Assembly (NCBI GenBank): GCA_963826785.1
Contig: CAWGYD010000006.1
Span: 32,001 to 96,000, forward strand
DNA: 64,000 nucleotides
Reading direction: 5' to 3'
DNA from: an uncultured delta proteobacterium
GTDB lineage: Bacteria > Desulfobacterota > Desulfobacteria > Desulfobacterales > Desulfosalsimonadaceae
Made by a program: the position numbers and the translations under genes. This document shows positions 50,257-59,469 of the stretch, one piece after another (positions within the stretch are counted from its first letter, which is position 1; every line of letters begins with the position of its first letter). The notes under the pieces are model-generated. The model made no database searches and was not told the origin of the DNA. It saw nothing but the letters and a program-made list of their open reading frames with translations.

Positions 50257-50922
50257 ATGCCAACCATGGAAGATATTGATGCGCGCCTGGAGCGCATAGA
50301 GGAAATGCTTCTGCCGCTGAGCCGTTCGGCCAGGGCGGCAAACGAACTCAAGCATGAACTGGAGCCGCGGGTCAACGAAGCCGTCAAAGCCATTACCATC
50401 GAACTTGCCGAACTCGAGCCGTATTTTCAAAGTGAGGATCTGGTTCTTTTGATCAAGCAGATGGCGATGAGCGTCCGGCATTTGACCTACGCTTTAGGGA
50501 TGATGAACAAGGGGATCGATTTTATAGATGTGAGTGAGCCGTTGCTGCGCGACAGCATGCGCCAGCTGATCGAAACGCTTGACCGGCTGGAAAGAAACGG
50601 GGTGTTTGCGCTTGGCAGAAGCCTTCTTCAGGTGGCCGAAGAATTCGCGAAGCACCACAGCGAAGAAGAGATTGACGGGCTGCAAAAAACCATGCTGGGG
50701 CTCATGAAGGCGGGCGTAAAGCTTTCCGGCGATCGCTCCCTCCAGAATATCGAAAAACTGGCTCAGATTCCGGGCCTGCTGGAACTCGATGGCGTGCAGA
50801 AAGCCGGCTTCCTGGATCTGTTTAAAGCCCTGCGGGAAGACCGTGTCAAGCAGGGGCTTGGGGCGCTTCTCAACCTGATGCGCGCATTGGGGGCGGCGGT
50901 GGAAGCGGGCCAGGCCCGATAA
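50257..50922 (+). CDS. DUF1641-like helical protein (SQR partner)
   Basis: AGGAGG RBS. C-terminal GFLDLFKALREDRVKQGLGALLNLMRALG is typical of DUF1641. Confidence 0.7.
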   Translation: MPTMEDIDARLERIEEMLLPLSRSARAANELKHELEPRVNEAVKAITIELAELEPYFQSEDLVLLIKQMAMSVRHLTYALGMMNKGIDFIDVSEPLLRDSMRQLIETLDRLERNGVFALGRSLLQVAEEFAKHHSEEEIDGLQKTMLGLMKAGVKLSGDRSLQNIEKLAQIPGLLELDGVQKAGFLDLFKALREDRVKQGLGALLNLMRALGAAVEAGQAR

Positions 50923-50940
50923 TGACAGCGGCTCGGGTAT

Positions 50941-51754
50941 TTAAGCCATTCCGGCCTGACATTTCGTCTGCCCATGTGCGGCTATATATTGGTGATCAAA
51001 GGCCACACCGATTTCCCGGGCGGCCAGGCGTGCGATTTTGCCCTGGGCCCGGATATATCTTCCCATCCGGGGGTGTTTAAAATTCAGCGTGACCGGGTCG
51101 CCGGGCGCGTATTTATGCATTCCCGCCTTTTCCGTACGGATGGAGATGCCGCTGTCGCTGATGTTGTGGGTAAACTCGCACTGAAGAAATCCTTTTACGG
51201 AAAAATGGACAGGCGTCATGTAATCTGTGCGCGCAAAGCGCCTTCGGGAACTCCCCGAGACTTGATTTGCAGATGCCCAGCAGCCGGCATCGCTCAGCCA
51301 GGGACATCTTCATGATCATATCGATCAGCTTCTTGGTGACCCCACCGGAATTTTTGCCGGCAGGATGATCCGGATGGGGGGAGTTGGCCTGCAGCAATTG
51401 CAGCTTTTCGCCATCCGGCATATTCATTACCGCCTGGATCAGCTCCCGGGTGACCTGTGAAATATTGATGTTCTGCAAAGCGCGCGGGCGTGGGGATTTA
51501 GAAGATCCGCCAGTGCCCGGTTCGGCAGTCTTTAACGGAAGCGAAAATGTCTTTGTTTCCGGTCCGGTGTCTGTACCTGCAGGTTGAAATGCACGGGTTT
51601 CCCGGAACAGAACAAAAGGTTTGCCACCATTACAAAAATCGTTTCCGCCCCCCGCATCCATTTCCGGGATCAGCAATTGCCGATTTTCCCCCATAAACAG
51701 CATCAGCCCGACGGCCGCCCCCACCAACAGGATAAACAGAATTATCAACAACAT
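50941..51754 (-). CDS. Membrane-anchored PilZ-domain protein; +1 frameshift near 51255
   Basis: N-terminal TM. After removing one G from the GGGG run it reads SRRRFARTDY..NISDSGISI (RxxxR and D/NxSxxG) ..IGVAF. Confidence 0.7.
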
Positions 51755-52068
51755 GACAGCACCCCTGCAAGAACATTTCAGATACAGATAAATGGAAGCT
51801 GGTCAGCAGCCCGCCCACACCAGAAAAAACGGCTGCCCAAAATCCATTTAAAAACCCCGTTCAATTTTTCATCGACGCCTGGGTTTCACCAGATCATAAT
51901 ATCAGATCCTCTGCATCAAATTTAAATATCCATTTCCTTTGCAAAATAAGTTTATTTGATGCGGATTGTCAAATTTTGAAACGCAAAAAAAAATCTCTCT
52001 TTACGGCCATTAAATGCTATACATTTTGTTTTTAAACAACCCGTCACATCCCAGACAGCTTTGAATCG

Positions 52069-53343
52069 ATGCTAATTGCGCAGAACAAATCCCTGATCCG
52101 GATCATCTTTACCCGAAGGATGCTGGTGGCACTGATGATGGGGTTTTCCAGCGGGCTTCCCCTGATGCTCACCTTATCCGTGCTCCAGGCCTGGATGACC
52201 CTCGAGGGGGTGGATCTGTCCGTGATCGGGCTGATGGCGCTGGTGGGGCTTCCCTACACCGTCAAATTTCTGTGGGCGCCGGTGCTGGACCGCTTTGTCC
52301 CGCCGGTTTTCGGGAGGCGCCGGGGATGGCTGCTGATCGCCCAGGCGCTTCTGGCGGGGGCCATCATCTGGCTGGGGTTTTCGGAGCCGGCCGGGCGGCC
52401 GGCCCTGACCGCCTTTGCCGCATTCCTGGTGACCTTTTTTTCTGCCTCCCAGGATATCGTGGTGGATGCCTACCGCCGGGAGGACATCCCGGATGCCGAA
52501 CTGGGGTTCGCCTCATCCCTGTACATCAACGGATACCGGATGGGCATGCTCCTTTCCGGCGGCGGCGGGCTGATCCTGGCGGGCTACCTGCCTTTTCGCA
52601 TGGTCTACCTGGTGATGGCCGGGTGCATGCTCCCCGGCATCATCACCACCCTGCTGGCCCCGGAGCCCGCCATGCATGCCGGACCGCCCAAAAGCATGCG
52701 GGCGGCGGTGATCGATCCCCTGGCCGAATATTTCAGCCGGCCCGGCGCCGTCTGGATTCTATTGTTTATCCTGCTCTACAAGATCGGGGATTCCATGGCC
52801 TCGGCCATGACCACGCCCTTTTACCTGGAAGTGGGATACACCACCGCGCAGATCGGGGCGGTGGTCAAGATTTTCGGGTTCTGGGCCGTTCTTGCCGGGG
52901 CCCTGCTGGGCGGTATCATGACCCTGCGGGTGGGCATTTTCGGAGGGCTGTGGGTTTTCGGCATTCTCCAGGCCATTTCCACCGCCTGCTTTGCCTGGCT
53001 GACCCAGACGGGGCCGAGCATTTCCGCCCTGGCCGCGGTGATCGGGTTTGAAAATTTAACCAGCGGAATGGGGACCGCCGCGTTTGTGGCGTTCATGGCC
53101 CTGCTGACGGACAAACGGTTCACCGCCACACAGTATGCGCTCCTGAGCAGCCTGATGGGCGTGCCCCGGGTGTTTGCCGCGGCCCCCACCGGTTTTCTGG
53201 CCGGCGCTGTGGGGTGGGCGCCATTTTTTCTCATCTGTGCGGCCGCCGCCATTCCCGGACTGTTGCTGCTGTTTAGGTTCGGCGGCTGGCAGTTCGCCTC
53301 AACGAAACCGGACGCCGCCCATGCGGCCGATACGGCGGCATAA
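52069..53343 (+). CDS. ampG: AmpG-family muropeptide MFS permease
   Basis: GFSSGLP, KFLWAP, GRRRGW, SQDIVVDAYR and TATQYALLSSL motifs. Confidence 0.92.
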   Translation: MLIAQNKSLIRIIFTRRMLVALMMGFSSGLPLMLTLSVLQAWMTLEGVDLSVIGLMALVGLPYTVKFLWAPVLDRFVPPVFGRRRGWLLIAQALLAGAIIWLGFSEPAGRPALTAFAAFLVTFFSASQDIVVDAYRREDIPDAELGFASSLYINGYRMGMLLSGGGGLILAGYLPFRMVYLVMAGCMLPGIITTLLAPEPAMHAGPPKSMRAAVIDPLAEYFSRPGAVWILLFILLYKIGDSMASAMTTPFYLEVGYTTAQIGAVVKIFGFWAVLAGALLGGIMTLRVGIFGGLWVFGILQAISTACFAWLTQTGPSISALAAVIGFENLTSGMGTAAFVAFMALLTDKRFTATQYALLSSLMGVPRVFAAAPTGFLAGAVGWAPFFLICAAAAIPGLLLLFRFGGWQFASTKPDAAHAADTAA

Positions 53344-53552
53344 AACCGGGACCCAGCGCGCCTTATTACGCCTTTATTTTTCCGATCCAGTGATTATGTT
53401 TGCAGTTCATTGCCTTGTTACGGCGATCATCCGCTTACTCCCCTGTGATCCCCGATTGGTATTGAAAAGCCGGGCGATCATGTTAAGATTGAACCGAACC
53501 GGAACCATCTCCGGTGTGAAATTAAAATCGACTTGGATAATAAGCATTTATT

Positions 53553-55340
53553 ATGACGCAACATATAAGTGATGTACAGGAATGGCGGCAGCATCTCAAA
53601 CGGATCGAGAAGCTGACTGAACAACGGCGGCGGATCCTTTCGCTGCCGCCGGAACAGGCCATCAACGATATTCTCGATCACCCCCAGGCCACCGCGCTGG
53701 TCCATTCGTTTGCAGAAGAAGATTTCTTTTTCCTGATCCACGATATCGGCCCGGGCGATTCCCTGGAACTGCTGTCCCTGGCTTCGGACCGGCAGTGGGA
53801 ATTCATCCTGGACGTGGAAACGTGGCAGCGCGACCAGCTGCATCTTCCCGCCATGATTCACTGGATGAACCTGATGATGCAGGCGGACCCGAACCGCTTC
53901 GTGCGCTGGGCCATGTCCGACAAGCAGGAAATGATCGAATACTGCCTGTTCAAGTCCATCGACGTGATCATCCGGGAGCATGACCAGGACCCTTCCGACT
54001 TCGATGATGGTTTTACCACCGTGGACGACATCTTTTATTTCCGCATTCCGGAGGCATCCGATTCGGACATGGAGGCTAAATCAGAAGCGGATAACAAAGA
54101 CGATCCCGATACGGATGATGCCGAGGATACCCGCAAGGCGTTTCTCACCAATATGCTGCACCGCATGGCATCAAACGACCATGTGGCCTTTCAGCAGCTG
54201 CTGCTGCGTTCCCTTACGGTCATTCCAGCGGAAAGCGAGGAAGAGGCCTACCGCTTTCGGAATGTCCGGCTGGCAGAAAAGGGCTTCCTCCCCTTTGACG
54301 AAGCCGTGGGCATCTACCAGCCCATCAACACCGAATACCTGAAAAAGCAGAAAAAGCATGTCGCAGAGCGGGTGGAGGAAGGCTTTTTTATTCCGGCCCC
54401 CATCAACCATGCGGCGCTGATGGGGGTGGACAATCTCTTCAGCCGGAACCTGGCCCGGATCACGCTTGAGGATTCCTTAAACCAGATCCAGATCGAATTT
54501 GCGGCCCTGTGCAACCGGATCATCGCGGCCGACCAGGAGCCGATCCGGAGCCGGGAAGAACTCCGGGCGGTGGTCAAGAAGACCTGCGCCTACCTGGAAA
54601 TCGGGCTGGAAAAGATGGCCGGCGGCAAAAACCGGGCCGACGACAGCCGGATTGCGGCCTACATCCGGACCTACCCGCTGATGGATATTTTCCGGATCGG
54701 GTACTCCCAGGTGGCCAATCTGCGGAACAAGGCCCTGAGATGGCGCAAAAACAGCTGGTTTGCCGAAAGGAAGCTGGCGCTGAGCTTCTGGGGAGAGCAC
54801 CTGGTGGGCATGATCGGCGGACTGCTGCTCAAGCGTCCCCGGTTTTTCGATAATTTTGAAACCGGCGTGATGTATCGGGAATTTGAGTCCATTAAGGACG
54901 TCAAGCGCGCCCGGGCCGCCCTGAAGGAAGCGATGGTCTTCGACGACCTGCTCTCCTGCATGGCCATCCGGACCGATATCTTCCCGGAAAATCATTTCAT
55001 CACCTTCAAGAACCTGCTGCTCACCCTCTGGGCGCGCCATGAACTGAAAATGGCGTCCATCCCGCAGGAAATCCCGGTGGAGCGATTCCGCTCCTTTTTC
55101 GAAGATCTGTGGGAAACCGGGGGGGAGACTGTCGCCATCCGGGAAGAAAAGAAAACCGGGTTTTTACGGTGGCTGTCCGCGGAATCCGGATTCACCGATG
55201 GGGAAATTTCGGAAAACATGGGACATTTCCTGGAGGGCCTGTTTGCGGAAATGGCGGATGAATACCGGGAAGTGCGTGCAAAAGAACTGGAACCCCGGTT
55301 CGTTCATCTGTTCCTGCTGAAGGATGGCCATAAGGCCTGA
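53553..55340 (+). CDS. Conserved hypothetical protein (DUF6178-like)
   Basis: 595-aa ORF with ILDVETW, EEEAYRFRNVRLAEKGF and IFRIG segments. The family name is from recall, not from a search. Confidence 0.65.
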   Translation: MTQHISDVQEWRQHLKRIEKLTEQRRRILSLPPEQAINDILDHPQATALVHSFAEEDFFFLIHDIGPGDSLELLSLASDRQWEFILDVETWQRDQLHLPAMIHWMNLMMQADPNRFVRWAMSDKQEMIEYCLFKSIDVIIREHDQDPSDFDDGFTTVDDIFYFRIPEASDSDMEAKSEADNKDDPDTDDAEDTRKAFLTNMLHRMASNDHVAFQQLLLRSLTVIPAESEEEAYRFRNVRLAEKGFLPFDEAVGIYQPINTEYLKKQKKHVAERVEEGFFIPAPINHAALMGVDNLFSRNLARITLEDSLNQIQIEFAALCNRIIAADQEPIRSREELRAVVKKTCAYLEIGLEKMAGGKNRADDSRIAAYIRTYPLMDIFRIGYSQVANLRNKALRWRKNSWFAERKLALSFWGEHLVGMIGGLLLKRPRFFDNFETGVMYREFESIKDVKRARAALKEAMVFDDLLSCMAIRTDIFPENHFITFKNLLLTLWARHELKMASIPQEIPVERFRSFFEDLWETGGETVAIREEKKTGFLRWLSAESGFTDGEISENMGHFLEGLFAEMADEYREVRAKELEPRFVHLFLLKDGHKA

Positions 55341-55466
55341 TTCCTTTGATTTCACATCCGGACACGATTGACCGATTCGTCCGGCAGGACTATCCGCTGG
55401 GGGCTGCCTCTCTGCCGGGATAACCCCATTTAAAAAATCTTTACTCATTTAAAAACGGAGGAAACA

Positions 55467-55832
55467 ATGAATGGCAACCAATTGAACGACCTTGACCTGT
55501 CCGTCGACAAACAAAACCTTTACCGGGAAGAATCCATGACCGACCTGAAGGTGGCTTCCATCCGGCAGCTGATCCCCATCAAGACCGACGGATCGGTGGA
55601 TCCGGAGCGAAAACCCGTATTCATCGGGCACACCCAGCTCATGTCACCCGATGGCCCCCTGCCCGTCCAGGCGCACCTGGAAGCGGATTCGTTCGAACAG
55701 GCTTTGGAGAAATTTCCGGCCATCATGAAGCAGGCCATTTCGGAGATGATCGATGAACTCAAGAAATGGCAGCAGGAACAACAGCAGCAGGGAAAAGGCG
55801 ACGATTCCCGCATTATCATTCCCCGCATGTAA
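55467..55832 (+). CDS. Conserved small cytoplasmic protein, copy A
   Basis: GGAGG RBS; NLYREESMTDLKVASIR..GPLPVQ..SRIIIP. Confidence 0.8.
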   Translation: MNGNQLNDLDLSVDKQNLYREESMTDLKVASIRQLIPIKTDGSVDPERKPVFIGHTQLMSPDGPLPVQAHLEADSFEQALEKFPAIMKQAISEMIDELKKWQQEQQQQGKGDDSRIIIPRM

Positions 55833-55950
55833 ACAGCCCGCTTCTCCGATTGCCCCGATTGCCCTGCGCCGGCTCTAAGCCGCCGCAGGGCAGCACCTCA
55901 TACATCCTGGCAGGGGCATTACATGTTCCTGCCGGTGATCAATTTCTTGC

Positions 55951-56021
55951 AGCTCCCCCTGCCCCCCTCAAAAGGCGGGTTAAAATTTTTCATGGCAGCG
56001 ATTGCTGAGGGGCAGGGGGCT
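55951..56021. repeat. Inverted repeat related to the C-run/G-run element
   Basis: AGCTCCCCCTGCCCCCCTCA ... TGAGGGGCAGGGGGCT. Confidence 0.5.
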
Positions 56022-56293
56022 CAGACCCATCTTTTCATCTGTTTTACCGCTCAAGATAATGGTTGTATCCGGGTTTTGCCCGTGTTATTAGCTCTGACCG
56101 ATTAGAACATCCGGAAAATCCGTCCGGGCAGTACAACTGAAAATAAATGTCATGGAAAATTTCTTCACGTTCCCGTCCCCCCGGCGATATCGTCAGATGC
56201 CGCCGTTCTCGACGTCCATGTAAAAAAGTCTGAAGAAAACCGTTCCCAGCCCAGTTCACATGCGCTTTGCGTTTTAATTTCCATTGAGCCCGT

Positions 56294-57682
56294 ATGCACG
56301 ATTCCCATTGGACCGACCTGAAGTATTCCTTTATTGACGGAGTGTTCGCCCATATTTTCGCCACGCTGACCGGCGGGTTGTTTCTGACCGGTTTTGCCCT
56401 GTTTCTGGGAATGAACGAGCTGATGATCGGGATGCTGGCCGCCATTCCGTTTTTGGCCACCATATTCCAGTTTCCGACCTGCTATTTCCTGGAGCGCCGG
56501 GGAAGCCGAAAACGATTCACCGGAAGGGCCGCCCTGATCGCCCGGACCCTGTGGATGCCGATCCTGATAATCGCCCTGCTGCCCGGAAACGGATACGGGG
56601 TGAAAGGATGGATCATCCTCGGGCTCATCTTTGCCTCCCATGCGGCTATTTCCGTCAGCTATGTTTCCTGGCTGTCCTGGATTTCCGATCTGGTGCCCGC
56701 GGGGATACGGGGCCGATTTTTCGGTTCGCGAAATATGCTCTGCGGGGCGGCGGGCATGACGGGCATGCTGGTGTTCGGCAATCTGCTGGATCATTTGCGG
56801 CACAACGGCGACCCGGCCATCGGGTTTTCCATCGTACTGACAGCAGCGGTGCTCTCCGGGCTGATCAGCCTTTTGTTCCAGAGACGCATTTCAGAACCGG
56901 CCTGCAGGATTTCTCCTGAACCTTTAATCCCTTTTGCCAAGGGGATCCTGCTGCCGTTTAAACGGAAAAACTTCCGCCGGTTCATCCTGTTTTCTTTTTT
57001 CTGGAATTTTTCCGTCTATTTCGCCAGCCCGTTTTTCACCCTGTATTTCCTGAGAAACCTTCATTTCAGCTATTCATTTGTGGCGCTTCTGGGAACCGTG
57101 TCCGCCCTGGCCGACCTTCTGGGAATGCAGGTATGGGGCCGCATTGCCGACCGGGTGAAAAACAAGGCGGTGATCCGGCTGGCGATGGGGTTTGTCGTCT
57201 TTCTCCCCCTGGCATGGTCGGTGATCGGGCCGGACAGCCTGGTTCTGCCGATCCTGTTCCATTTCCTGGGGGGAGGCTTCTGGGCCGGCATCACCCTTTG
57301 CACCAACAACCTGCTGTTCGGCCTGGCTCCGGCGCAAAACAAATCCTTTTACCTGTCGGGCTACAATCTGGCCGCCGGTCTGGGAGCGGCCATCAGCCCG
57401 GTGGCCGCCGGACTGATCTTAAAACTCATCGACGGCATGCCGTTTCAGATCGGAGCCATCCCCATCCTGCCGCTCCAGATGATCTTTATCACCTCCAGCG
57501 TCCTGCGGCTGGTCAGTTCCCAGCTCATCCTGGCCGTGCGGGAACCGGAAGAGGCATCCCCGGTTCAGGTGATCCGGATACTCAAAAATGTCCGGGTGCT
57601 CAATATCGCTTCCGGATTCAACCAGCTGCTGCATCCGTTCGTGGAAATTTCCAAAGAGGCCCAATGCGAAAAACATAGATAA
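56294..57682 (+). CDS. MFS transporter
   Basis: About 12 hydrophobic segments; RGRFFGSRN and WGRIADRVKNK loop motifs. Confidence 0.85.
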   Translation: MHDSHWTDLKYSFIDGVFAHIFATLTGGLFLTGFALFLGMNELMIGMLAAIPFLATIFQFPTCYFLERRGSRKRFTGRAALIARTLWMPILIIALLPGNGYGVKGWIILGLIFASHAAISVSYVSWLSWISDLVPAGIRGRFFGSRNMLCGAAGMTGMLVFGNLLDHLRHNGDPAIGFSIVLTAAVLSGLISLLFQRRISEPACRISPEPLIPFAKGILLPFKRKNFRRFILFSFFWNFSVYFASPFFTLYFLRNLHFSYSFVALLGTVSALADLLGMQVWGRIADRVKNKAVIRLAMGFVVFLPLAWSVIGPDSLVLPILFHFLGGGFWAGITLCTNNLLFGLAPAQNKSFYLSGYNLAAGLGAAISPVAAGLILKLIDGMPFQIGAIPILPLQMIFITSSVLRLVSSQLILAVREPEEASPVQVIRILKNVRVLNIASGFNQLLHPFVEISKEAQCEKHR

Positions 57683-57779
57683 ATTATCTGTTGCAGCTTC
57701 CGCCGATTCGTGAAAGATTTGACAGAATATTTTTCGGAACCTATTTTATTAATAAATCCAATATAAAGGGAGGTCTTTC

Positions 57780-58148
57780 ATGAATGGTGAGCAGCAGTTG
57801 GACAGCATCAGTTTCACGGTGGACGAAAACAATCTGTACCGGGAGGAATCCATCACGGATCTCAAGGTGGCATCCATCCGGAAGCTGGTTCCCATCAAAT
57901 CCGACGGAACGGATGATCCGGGCAGAAAGGCGGTTTTCATCGGCCACTCCCAGCTCATGTCCCCCCAGGGACCGCTGCCCATCCAGGCCCGCCTGAATGC
58001 TGACAACATCTCCGACGCCATGAAGGAATTTCCCGGGGCCATGAAGCAGGCGCTGGCCGGCATGGTGGAAAAATTGAAGCAGTACCAGGATCAGCAGGCC
58101 CGCCAGAAACAGCAGGGCGAATCCCGTATCATCGTCCCCAAAATGTAA
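57780..58148 (+). CDS. Conserved small cytoplasmic protein, copy B (paralogue of 55467-55832)
   Basis: GGAGG RBS; NLYREESITDLKVASIR..GPLPIQ..SRIIVP. Confidence 0.8.
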   Translation: MNGEQQLDSISFTVDENNLYREESITDLKVASIRKLVPIKSDGTDDPGRKAVFIGHSQLMSPQGPLPIQARLNADNISDAMKEFPGAMKQALAGMVEKLKQYQDQQARQKQQGESRIIVPKM

Positions 58149-58193
58149 TCTCCTCAATTCTCATTACACTCCGGAAGAAGAAAGGCGCTTTTG

Positions 58194-59465
58194 ATGCCTT
58201 CGCGACTTTGTCTGCACAATACCCTGACCGGACGCAAGGAAATCTTCAAACCGGCGGATAATCACCATGTAAAGATCTTCACCTGCGGCCCTTCCATTTA
58301 TGACTGGCCGCATATCGGCAACTACCGCACCTTCCTGTACGAGGATATTCTCCAGCGGTATCTGGAATATAGCGGGTATGAAGTCGAACGGATGATCAAC
58401 TTCACCGACGTGGAAGACAAAGCCATCGAGCGGGCCCGGAAGAAAGGCATTTCCCTGGATCAGCTCACCCAGCCGGTGGCCGATGCATTCCTGCAGTCCT
58501 GCCGGATTCTCAAGATCAAGCTGCCCGCAGACATCCCCCGGTCGTCCACCACGGTGGAGGCGGCGGCGGAGCTGACCCGGGCGCTGATGGAAAAAGGATA
58601 TGCCTACCGGCACGGACAGGATGTTTATTATGATCCTTTGAAATTCAAGGGTTTCGGGAAGCTTTACGGCCTGGACATGAGCAAGTGGCCCAAAAAGAAA
58701 GTCCGTTTCGGCAGGGACACGTACCCGGGTCAGCGGTGGAACCTGGGAGACTTCATCCTGTGGAAAGGGGGGCGCTGCCGGCCGGAAGACGACGCCTGCT
58801 GGGACACACCCCTCGGCCAGGGGCGTCCCTCCTGGAATATCCAGGACCCGGCCATGATCTCAAGCCGCCTGGGCTTTCAGGTGGACATCAGCTGCGGCGG
58901 CGTGGACAACCTATACCGGCATCATGACTACATCATCGCCATCATGGAGGGTGTGTCCGGTAAACCGTACGCGCAGTACTGGCTTCACGGGGAGCATGTT
59001 CTCTCCGACGGGAAAAAAATGTCCAAGAGCCGGGGCAATATCCTCTATATCAAAGATCTGCTCACCTCCGGATACCTTCCTCACCATCTCCGCTTTTTCC
59101 TGATCTACGGCCATTACCGGGAGAAAATGAATGTCTGTGACGATCAGCTGCAGCTTGCCCGGGGGAAAATCGACACCTTTGCGGACCTCGCCTGTTACCT
59201 GAAAGATAACATATCGACGTATGGCGGCTCCGAAAAGGCCGCATCCCATCGGGTCGACCGCATCAGAACCGATTTTGAAAAGCACATGAACGATGATCTT
59301 AATGTCCGGGCCGCCTTTGACGCCACCTACGAAAATTTGAAAAAACTGGTCCAATTCAAAACCGAGGGCAAACTGAAGCAAAACGACTGCGAAAGGGCGC
59401 TTGCGGAAATAAAACGGATCGATCAGGTGTGGCAGGTTCTCAGCTGCAGGATTTTTAAGGACTGA
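58194..59465 (+). CDS. Cysteinyl-tRNA-synthetase-like class I ligase paralogue (altered Zn site, no anticodon-binding tail)
   Basis: NTLT, TCGPS, HIGN, NFTDVEDK, DFILWK and KMSKS are retained. WNIQDPAM replaces WHIECSAM and HHDYI replaces HHENE. The protein ends after the DALR-like helix bundle. Confidence 0.8.
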   Translation: MPSRLCLHNTLTGRKEIFKPADNHHVKIFTCGPSIYDWPHIGNYRTFLYEDILQRYLEYSGYEVERMINFTDVEDKAIERARKKGISLDQLTQPVADAFLQSCRILKIKLPADIPRSSTTVEAAAELTRALMEKGYAYRHGQDVYYDPLKFKGFGKLYGLDMSKWPKKKVRFGRDTYPGQRWNLGDFILWKGGRCRPEDDACWDTPLGQGRPSWNIQDPAMISSRLGFQVDISCGGVDNLYRHHDYIIAIMEGVSGKPYAQYWLHGEHVLSDGKKMSKSRGNILYIKDLLTSGYLPHHLRFFLIYGHYREKMNVCDDQLQLARGKIDTFADLACYLKDNISTYGGSEKAASHRVDRIRTDFEKHMNDDLNVRAAFDATYENLKKLVQFKTEGKLKQNDCERALAEIKRIDQVWQVLSCRIFKD

Positions 59466-59469
59466 GGTT

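Noticed and set aside
58194..59465. Calling this gene cysS or mshC
   Set aside because: Two of the four canonical Zn ligands are substituted and the anticodon tail is missing; MshC retains the WHIEC-type motif.
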